From NCBI GenBank assembly GCA_040954595.2, contig CM082577.2:7465846-7529845 (forward strand): a stretch of 64,000 bases of DNA, in the 5' to 3' direction. Shown here piece by piece: positions 53,767 to 64,000 of the stretch. The first letter of the stretch is position 1. Every line of letters starts with the position of its first letter. Origin of the DNA: Balanoglossus misakiensis. Lineage: Eukaryota > Animalia > Hemichordata. Below the pieces are notes generated by a model. The model was not told where the DNA came from and ran no database searches. It saw only the letters and a program-made list of their open reading frames with translations. A program made the position numbers and the translations under genes.

Positions 53767-55368
53767 ATAGCCCTATCGAAATTAGAAGCTGACTAACGTA
53801 AACACTACCTTGATCTATGCGATACCACGATGAAGTCGAACTCCTGCTAACGTGACAAGTGCATGCGCACCCTTGCTCTATCGAGAGTACATCACATTCC
53901 TCGAAGAAAGCTGACGAGTGAAGAAAACATGTCAGCCAGCCGAGCACATTCCAGGATCCCCACCTGTTCGACCAATCAAGCGGAGAACGGCGGGCGAGTC
54001 ACGTTCGATTATGTTTCACAATCTGATACGGTTTTCTTAGTACGCACGCATCTCCAATAACATATCGCGGCTGCAACGTGTACTGGTTCAACCCCGATGC
54101 AGGGGAGCGCGAGAACGTCTCAGAACGGCCGGTTTCGTTCTCTACGCTTGACCCCCGATCAGTGACACTGTGTTGTCTAACTCGGAGGCAAATTACTCAA
54201 AGGAGTTCTTGAATGCTGAGCCACCCGGCTGAGCGATACATTATCCGCCTTCCAATGGATGTCCTGTCGGGGGTTATGGCAAAAGAAGCAAAGAGGACTG
54301 CCATACGCGATCAATGCCCGCGGGTACAGACTTAAACGCTAAAAGCCGAGATGAAAAACCGCACTCTTACTCTATAAAATTCCAAAATCCACTCTCCGGG
54401 AGCACTACTAATTTAGTCCGTGAATGGATGGCCATGAACTCGCACAGGTCTCTGGACCAAAACCTTTCAGGTACAGTGGGAGCGTGCGGAAAGACGAGTT
54501 GTCGGCAGGTATCAAAACAACGTGTGAGTAAATATTCGTACGGTACTAAATCGAAGCTGGAAGGGCTAGGCAAAACTTGACACAGATAAATCGCACTTGA
54601 ACCGATCTTTAAACTCGTTTACGTCAATGAATCTCCGCGAAAAAGGTCTGTCACACGGTAACATGCTTTTAAACTTCCGAATGTGGTTGTCAGAAAATCC
54701 CAAAGAGGTTGGAGTCTACCGCTGTGAATACAGGGCCCTAAATGCTGTGTCAACATACCGACCCCTCTTTATTTGCATGGTTGAACAGTTAAGTTTGGGT
54801 CCAGCAATCAGATATACATGTACACATGTAACCGTGTACTCACCTTGTTGGTCAGTGCGCGTTCTAGATTTACTGGCATCTATACAGATACAATAATAGA
54901 GCTGAAGTAGGAACTTGAATAAAACCAGCCCGGCGTCGTTGTAACCCAAAGGAAATTATTTACACGTTACTTGTTACCATGGGAACACGAGTTGGGAAAA
55001 GAGGCCACTTGCCAAATTTTGAACAGGACTCACGGTTTTCAACCGAAAAGTACTGCCATCAAGACACAGAGACGTCGCTAGTCGCGGTACATAGACATTG
55101 GTGAACTGTCAACTACGCTACGGTGAAGTTAGTGTTCACCTCGGACCAATATGCCTGTCGTCTGCTAACTTCTGGAGAAACGAATATGTGAAGAAGATGC
55201 GCCAACAGCTGCAGAGAGGTAGGTCGGGCTGTGTTTTGTTATCGACGAGAGCAAGAACACTTTAAAATCGCCGGCTCCCCGGTTATTAACTCAGACAGAA
55301 AACACCGATACTGCGGAACGGAATTGATTTTCATTTATGGAGCTCGCGGAGGAGAGCCCGGCGTTCTT

Positions 55369-55395
55369 ATTGGTGACTCAGGTGACCTTTGAACC
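55369..55395. promoter_or_regulatory. Compact composite element: CCAAT, AP-1, E-box and nuclear-receptor DR1
   Basis: ATTGG-TGACTCA-GG-TGACCTTTGAACC contiguous; CAGGTG overlaps the AP-1 and DR1 motifs. Confidence 0.35.
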
Positions 55396-58300
55396 CCCTC
55401 CAGCGTGACAACTCACGCACGACCCCCGCTACAAGAGACCTGCCACCATGCGTTACTGCTGCGGATTGCCAGGAACTGCCAAAGATTATCACGGGCGAAG
55501 GCTGATGTAATAATGAACTGTGTTTTAATGTGAATACTGAAGATTGCGCATTCCGTGGCGAAGGCTTTAATATTCAGTGTCGTCTGTTGTCAAACCAATC
55601 ATTCCTGTTTTTTTCTCTCGCAATGCAATGTTTCTGGACAGAAAATATTCGACGTTGTTTGCCATAATAGCACGTGCATTGTTGAATAGCTTGATCAGGG
55701 GAGGGCAGACGAATACCATGGCCCCGTGGTTGCAATATTCCGTCCTATCAAACGTGTGAATCGTGATGTTTTATCTGCAATTCGGATGACATTAAATCTC
55801 CAAAATAGCTGTGGCAGGAGTGGCGTGTGTGCGTGCCACCTCGTCTTTATTTAATCAACGAGCAGACATTGGCTGTGATTAGAAACTGTCAGTTCGTCGG
55901 TAATTTCCCCCCTTTCATTGCAAATTCCACCTTCGCGTAAGACCCTTCAAGAAGTAGACCGGCTGGAGGACACTGCCGCGTTTACGCCACAGAGCAGACG
56001 TCAAACCTTTCCTTCAATTTTCTGGATGAAGCGAGACCCGAACGTCAACTGTGAGTTAAACATAGTGACAAGTGAGTTAAACGAGCAAGGGGTCATCACG
56101 TCGCTGGGAGGACATCAGAAAGTCACTCATCGCCGCAGCGACCAAAACGTTTGTAATGAGTTGACATTATTACTTTGCATCCATTGATCAGACGATGCGT
56201 ACAAAGTTCAACATGTCGCTTCGCATAAACCACGCGGAGGATTCTCGTTGAGCTATGGAAGGTCTCACGCGTTCGATGGAGAAGGAAATCTAGGCCAAGC
56301 GAAAACAAGAGAGTAATCTCGACGTGCTTCCCCCAAAAGGTAGAAAATACGTTAATTCCCTACTGTTCGACTTAAAGGAATCTAAAACAGTAATATACAT
56401 GTAGCTGCGATCAGTTTCATCATAACACCAAATAAGACGATGAATTCTTTTTAATGCATCTCACTCTGGAGATCTCGCGTGATTTTACGACGTTTTACTT
56501 TCACTCTTTAGTGACCTTCTAAATACCACGGCTTTTTCTCGGTTCCAAAATGTTAGCGTAAAAATAAGAATCTGAAGGATTATCGCAACAACACATTTTC
56601 TTTTGCCCGGCGCTTGGCATTCACACCAGACAAAGCTGTCCGTCGCTATGGAATACGTTTGATGGATATGTTTGAAAGGGCATGCCTTGTCAATAAATAG
56701 TAACAGCGCGGATTATAATTTTAATCCAGAGTTCTGAACAAAAGTATGAATGGCGACCTCTTCAAGGTTTCGCGTGACAATTAAATACCTGTATAATGCT
56801 CTCCAAATCTCACTCGAGATGTGTTCCATCAACCGGGGGCATACTTATGTACTCCTTTGCAGCCGAACAAGAAGGGATCGCGATAATGGAAGAAATCTCG
56901 CGGGTAAAGGGCTTGTGCTCGCCAACCCGAAAGCTGGACTCATTTCAGGAAATCGTGAAAGATTAACGATGGTTTGACCTGGTTTAGAGCTAACCTACAC
57001 CGCGTCATATGTCCGTCCGTGTGTCTGTCACAGTTTACCTTGCCTGACTGTCAGCCTGCATGTCCTTGGTAAGCAATATCTCATTAACGACTTATCAGCT
57101 TTGAACCAAATTAGTTGCACAGGTAAACTTACAGATGGCGAGACCTGATTAGATTTTGGTGCACGCGACTTGCATATTAGGGAAGTTATCCAAGATGAGC
57201 TTTTTTCTGATAACAGTTTTCTAGGAAGTTTCGGGTATTTTCCGTACAATGAAAATCCAGCGACCCTCCCGATTCTGTTGTTGGCCTTGCCCTTGCACAC
57301 AGAGGGCACGACGACCCTTCAGGTGAATTCATAGGTTAGCCAAAGACCCTTCTTTGCTTGAAAACATGAAATTCTACACCAACCTTTATCACACGTTGAG
57401 GTCATCCGGGCTCTGGACGGTGTGAAATATGCCATTATGCCCACTTTTCCCTCAAGAACATTGCAACATTCCATGCCCATGGCATTAACTATGATGGAAA
57501 TACACCAGTGTTTGCACCAGAAAGAACTTGGAAGTGGTTGCCAAAAAACGCCAGCTGTACCTCCACGCAGTTCTCCGACTGCACAGCCGTGTATATATGC
57601 AGCTGTAATGAGAGAATACTTATCTCCGATTAACCGCTAAATGCCTTTGATAATTACCCAGTGATAAGCTGTAATATAATCCCTAAAGTGGCCGAGAAAT
57701 TATGCGCCTACGGTATAGGCTGACACTAAAGTCGACAATGGATTTTTGTTTGCCGGTACATATTTCCGAAGGCCCAGTAACCTCTTTACGTTATTTTCGA
57801 AGTTCCAGCGCTGTAGTCCGACATCCCTTGTAATTTATTTTCTCCAAAATACACGAGCGATGGTTAAATTTAGTTACAGTTTAGATATACAGCCGTAAGC
57901 GAAAGTTCATCGAACTATATTATGTGTAACAGTGACTGAAATGGAAAGTCAAAGTATGTGTTATTTAAATGGTAAATATTATCTTTGACACTTCAGTACT
58001 CGCGCGTATGAATCCACACGTACTTCCACAATAATATAATCATGACACACTTTTCCGTCAAAAGGCCGAACATCGGCCCGTTATTTTAAGCTCCCGTGTT
58101 CACGCATAGGAGCTAAAGATACACCGATTTCTGTCTGTCTGTCTGTGGCTGTCTGTCCGCCTGAATCTGTCATATTCATTTTTACCTCGCACAATAGAGT
58201 CTAGCGGTCGACAGGTGAGACGAACTGGTTCCACGTCGTAAAATGTACGAGGCGCACTCTTCTGATCAACCAGGCGCGCGAGTGAGATGCGTATACCCTC

Positions 58301-61300
58301 CCTATTCAAATATACACTAGGCACATACGACTTACACATGCTCAGCAATGCCTGGCTGCTGAGCATGGCGCTGTATTCTTTGAGATTCATTCGACATCGT
58401 TTCCCGAATTTGACTGGCGCAGCGCGAGTTTCCAAGATTTGGCCAGAACGAAGCGGTATCAAAGAGTCACGATGTATTCACAAGAGATTCTAAAGCTAAT
58501 TCGTTGTGTTCAACTACACGCCGGCAGTGGTATCACGTATACACTACGGGCGTGTGGTGTGTTCGCTACCACCGATAGTTCGGTGCTTTCTGAGATAATC
58601 GACTGTAATTAGACACGTATGCAATCCGAAGGCAATTAGTCGTGCCAATCAACTACAATGGAAAGCAACTGCCCATTGCTGTCGGCTTTTATCGGTACCG
58701 CTGTTCATGTGGAACTACGGCCGAATAACAGGGCAGGAACGCGACCTTTCCTCAATTATTGCTACTATAGTCCACGACCCCCATCTCGAAACCATCAAGT
58801 CAGCGTTGAAAATAATATGCAGAATTAAAACGTTACAACTTACATCAGGTGTAAACGGTGTCTGACAAAGTGGGTTAATGAAGTACCATTTGCAACGTCT
58901 CTGCAAGCAGTAGCCCTCCTACTGTGCAATGTCCTTGAAGTTTATAGCCTTTTTTTCGCAGCATCCTCATTTATTCTGGAGACTAGTTCAGAGATAGAGG
59001 GAGGAGTGATAGATGAACATATAGCAGCAGTGAACGAACTACCGAATGACGTCATAGGTCACGAGGGGTCATGGTGCAGAAGGGTTCGCTTGGCACTCTA
59101 CATCACTCCTAGGGTATGCATAATTTCACAACAGGATAATTTTATTTGCTGCAATGCACGTTTTGCTGAACCTAAATCTACGAGCATGACACACTATCGC
59201 TTAAAGTAAGACAAAACTGCGCCCCAACTTGGTCAGTTGGAGATTAAGACATGACTTTTTTACCATATATGGCATATGTAAATTAGAGGTGACTATATTT
59301 CGCTAAACAAAATCAAAATAATATCATAATTGTCCAACATTGAGAAATTCATATTCGTTTACATGAAAAAGAATTTAAATAGATGAAGAAGCGGTTTTGT
59401 AAATAAGGGGGAGAAACGCACTGAGTCTGCCCGGCGAAAGTTTACCTTACAGATGTTGCAAGGAACGACATAGCACCACTTGTTTTGAACCATACGTGGG
59501 CCACAACACCTTAGGACGACCCGCTGGTCACAATGACTTGCCCTTGAACCTGAGATAATTACTCCACAGACAAATAGCACACCGATGACAGACAGCTACC
59601 ACAGCCTATGGATGTTATCGGAGCTTGAATTTATTTTGGGGGAAACAAACTGATAAAGTCAACGAGACACAAATTGGCGTCGCGAGCAATAGCGGAGATT
59701 TTTGCGGTTGTTCTCACGAGCTTCTGATATGATAAGACGTAATAGGTCTCTTGAGTAAAGAGTATCGACGCCCGAGTAACTCATTCACCGTCGGCCCATA
59801 GCTCGATATTAGCGCTTCACTTGAAGCTAAGCATATATAACACAGATATAGTTTATCCAGAACGCGGTGCACGTTCTTTTCTGATCATTTCTATTTAAGA
59901 CACCGAACTGCATCCGTTTTTAATATTCTGTGAACATTATCAATCAACGTATATTTTTGCTTGCCAGGTGACGTCATTAAAATATCAATTAGTCTCCCCG
60001 GAGTGTTCATTAGACTCCAACCCATAAATGTTGGCATACACAATAATAGTCTGTAAAGCCTGCAAATGTTGCTGTAACAGGAGATATGATGCACGGATTG
60101 GACCATTAATCCGCTGCGCTGTCACGTCACTGGTAACCGATTCGTTTACGCAAGATATGTTCATTTCACTTTAAGTATTCAAATCAGAGAAAAGAGCATG
60201 CGCACCTCCGTTTTTCGCGAAAATATTAATATTTGCTGTATTTTCACAAACAAGTTACTTCACGGATTTATCAAATTGTAATTTAGCTACACGCTATTGT
60301 TAAAATCTGGACCGGTATAATATCTATTTGTAAGAATAAGAAAAGGGCCGTAGACTGATCGTGTTGTATTTCAAGGGCGTCTGTATCTTTTGATCAGGGG
60401 CTTTGCGACGTCATAAGTCGCGGCTTTCTCTTTAGAATTGACTGCCATTCGATTTCGTTTACTCATATCAACTGATACTGGATATACCAGTGAACCCCGT
60501 AGCGAAAGATTTACATCTGAGCAGAAATCGACAAAAAAGTACGTCATGGCACTGTACATCAGTGCGCACGCGCAGGGTGTGAGTCGAGCTGAAACAACTG
60601 ATGATGATGAGGTGTTATATTTCGCTAAGCAGAACAGCATAGTTGCCGAAATGAAACCAAAATATTCAAAAAAATAACACACGTCTCTACGGTTTGCGAT
60701 GCCTTCATTTTGACATACCCCATCGGCACTGATTTGTTATGGTACCACAAAATCGAATATGTGGAGATCGGGATATAGCTACGTGCTCGTACCGATGATT
60801 ATTCAAACGTTGGTGCCCAATTAAACCAAGTCCACTGCTTTTTTTTGCCTGCAAACGCTTGACTTTCCCCTCGTATACCATTGAAGCTAACCTCCCAGCG
60901 ACATTCATTAGCCTCGTTCGATAACGCGGGGGCACTTAGCCCATTAAGTCAACAAGCGACCTAATTCCACCAACACGTTCTGGCGAATAATTAATTACTT
61001 TGTGACTATAATGATTACTTTTTAAATTTAATTCGCCCTTAATATGATTGATATCGTGAATGATCCCAACCTTGAGTGTGCGTTATTAAGTTAATAATGT
61101 TCACCTGTTACACGACAGAAGTCGATACTGTTCACCAGTTGACCCAGTAAAATGCCATGCATCTGAACAACGATAGAATTGGGAGAGGTAAAACTTCGTT
61201 TGTACAAATATAGGTAAATGTGTCGAGTCGACGACGGAGGCTCGCATCGATCACGGTATAATCTGACTAACGCGGTAAAATAATCGAAGTTTATAGAATA

Positions 61301-63348
61301 ATCAATGTCTGGCCCATGAGAAAAGCGGCTCTGACGTTAGGGCTATTTTTATTTGACAAATTCCCCGAAGAAATATGTTTATATAAGCTGTGCAATGACA
61401 TTCTTTTTTAACGACCTATTTAATTTTTAAAAACTTGGACAACGTCCATCAGATCGATTTTGCTTATATAAAACGAGGATCCCTCCTTGCTTGTTTGTTG
61501 CATGCACATGCATGCGTGTATGTTATGTTAATAAGACATAACATTATATTAAATTGTGCATGTTCGCTAGAGAAAGCAATGGTAGCTAGTTGACATTTTT
61601 AATGTAGTCATTGAATTGTTGCAGGCTGTTCTGGGAAGAAGTCGCTGAGGTTTCTACAGTACAATCCCGGAGGGAGACGAAGAATTCGACCGCTGATATG
61701 TAATTAGGTCAAAAATGTACGCCTGTCGAGTTGTCAAGTTATTAGAAGCCATTAAAATCGCTCCTTCTATCGGCAGGAATAAAACGGAGATGAAAATATG
61801 ACGACATAGAACTTAAAGCAATTTAAAGCTCTGCTTATTTCCGTCTCAATGTTTCTAATAAAATGCGCAGTGTTGAGAGTTTAATTAAACTTCTGCGCAG
61901 TTTGAAGACTTCGAACGCCGTGGAAACACTTTGTATGCATCGCGCAGACTCGGGCACAGCGGCAACGCTGGGAGCAGGTGATGTTATAATAAGCGAAAAT
62001 CAGAGTTTTAGCCATTCTAGGCGAATAACTCGTCAAATCCCCGATAACCACGAGCAATAAAACTTCGCGAGGATGGCAGCTGTCACGTCACAGACGTGCG
62101 CCTTGCAGGTGTAACCGGAAATTTAATACATAGCCCCCCATCCGGCAGGCACGGCTTCACGTCAGACGATTCAGACAGTGAACCGAATGTGACTGCCGAG
62201 CTACAAAATCAGAATGGTGATGGAGGGGGTATAACCGAAGCACAGCGCGTTTGCCATCATCATTATAGACGGCGGGAGAGCTGTTCATGGTGATGGCATG
62301 GTAATTTTTTTCCAGAGCGGTGATATGTAGTTATTCACCGACGCGCCGCGATACCTATCTTTTTTATCCTCTCCGGGAATGATTGCAGATCTGACTGTTG
62401 ATAGATTTTACCCATAAAACGATAGGCATCACTAAATCAACCTTTCTTTGACATCTGCAAGTCAGAAACAAATTCTCCTTCGTTTTTTATCCAGGTTGGC
62501 CTTGGAAACGCACTGAGCCAATGGGAGTTCACAGACGCCGACAACTTTTGTTCAATGTTAAAATATAGAGTCTGCTGTACTTGGACATGTGTGCCTTTCT
62601 GTTTGGAACAAATTTTCTTGCCACTTCACCCCCTCCAAAACAACAACTTGATAGCTTGCTCGCATTAAGGCCCACTGTTGTTGACAAGGGCATTTCTTTA
62701 AATATTCACAATAAACATTTTGTCAGTACAATACAGGAAGTGTCTATTGGGAAGCAAAAGGGGGAGCCTGCAGCGACCTTGACCTTCGTACATGAAACTG
62801 CCTAGTTGACTGTAACGCGTGGCCAAGTCGCGAAAGTAACCGCAGCGCATTACCATAGTAATTAAAAAGTAAACGACCCATTAAGTCAGCAAATTAATCT
62901 TTCGGATTGCCCAATCCAACATCGATCGAATAACAGTCACCTGAACGGATAAACCTAGTCGCAAGAAACCAATAGATACATAAATGCATCCCGCAGACCC
63001 GCCGATGCTAATCCACGTTAAATTAAAGACGGCTTCGGATTGTTCTTGGGTCTGGAATTAGTCTAGTTTTGTGTCAGAGATACGCGGGATGTATTAACCT
63101 ATTATTTCGAAATCGTCCATGTATGTTTCAGATGCTGTACATGTCTATTTCTCGTCAGAATGTTTATGTAACGACACGCGTCGATGATATCGCATACCGT
63201 CTATATACGTGAAGTCGATCGTTGGGTAAGCCGCGGCCTATGGCTCCGATATCATGCATGAAGTGAAATTTCTGTCTGCAGTGGCCAGATTGGATCATAT
63301 ATTTGAACAACGTAATGAATGAGTTGTGACTGTATGATGCTTGTGTGT

Positions 63349-63393
63349 GGGGGTGGGGGGTGGGGGTGTGTGTGGGGGGTGGGGGGTGGGGGG
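63349..63393 (+). repeat. (G5-6T)n tract, potential G-quadruplex
   Basis: Six runs of 5-6 G, mostly separated by a single T. Confidence 0.85.
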
Positions 63394-64000
63394 AACAGTC
63401 CCGGGAGGGGTCTCTTAAATGCTGAATATAAAGGCGGCATGTTTCTATAAAAAGGAAGGGGATTTTTTTTACCTCGAGTGGGGACCCTGTCTGAAAACGA
63501 TAAGTCATCATGGAAACAATGTTTATATTAATTAGAACTCATTAACCCCATTTCACACTGATGGTTTCCTCCACTTACCAGAGAATGCTAATTCGTCGAA
63601 ATGAAACGCCGGACACGCACCGTATGCCGTTCGGAGAATCTAGCTAATGATAGTTAATCGGCCAGATTCAATAAAAGAGCGGATTCAATTAAATCGATAA
63701 AACCCCGCGTCTATAGCATGCGTGTCAACCGCGGCCTACACCATCGTCCTACGTGCATAACGTGGTGTTTCGCAGATTCATTTACGAAAACAAAGACTGG
63801 CCATTTCTGGTCGGGTTAAAGCCACTGCGTTATTCACGGAAGATCTTTGACAGGACTCCGAGACAGGCTTCTCCAAATGTTACTCGAAGTTTGTTCAACA
63901 GGATTAACCAGAAATCTAAACAGCGTATATTTTATCCTTAAATATTTACGCAACTGCCAACATCTATAGCCAAACACTTTGTTCGCATCATTATCTCGTA

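Noticed and set aside
60436-60677. Plus-strand 79-aa ORF after an acceptor-like CTTTCTCTTTAG
   Set aside because: No homology recognised and no partner exons; such sites arise by chance.

Overview
Eukaryotic, almost entirely non-coding DNA: by eye about 40-45% GC, no obvious CpG depletion, frequent TACATGTA, microsatellites and G/C homopolymers. This is most consistent with an invertebrate animal genome, possibly a marine deuterostome (inference). Only one protein-coding segment is recognisable: a minus-strand exon (43099-43657, CDS 43099-43515) encoding the signal peptide and N-terminal ANF-receptor-type ectodomain of a receptor guanylyl cyclase (Gyc32E/speract-receptor/NPR-like). It is probably preceded by a non-coding exon ending at 44148. 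No further exon of this gene was found by eye in 1-43098, implying an intron of more than 43 kb. Within that intron, a paired NF-Y-box promoter with an 18-codon phase-0 mini-exon (15439-15586) could be an alternative start or the start of a nested gene. Three non-autonomous DNA-transposon-like elements are well supported: a 795-bp TTAA-flanked Kolobok-like MITE, a 174-bp TA-flanked MITE, and a 47-bp CATAGAC hairpin with a 7-bp target duplication. RFX X-box, CRE, octamer and DR1 motifs recur across the locus. No prokaryotic features, CRISPR arrays, rRNA or intact tRNA were seen. The other ORFs in the track look like chance ORFs.
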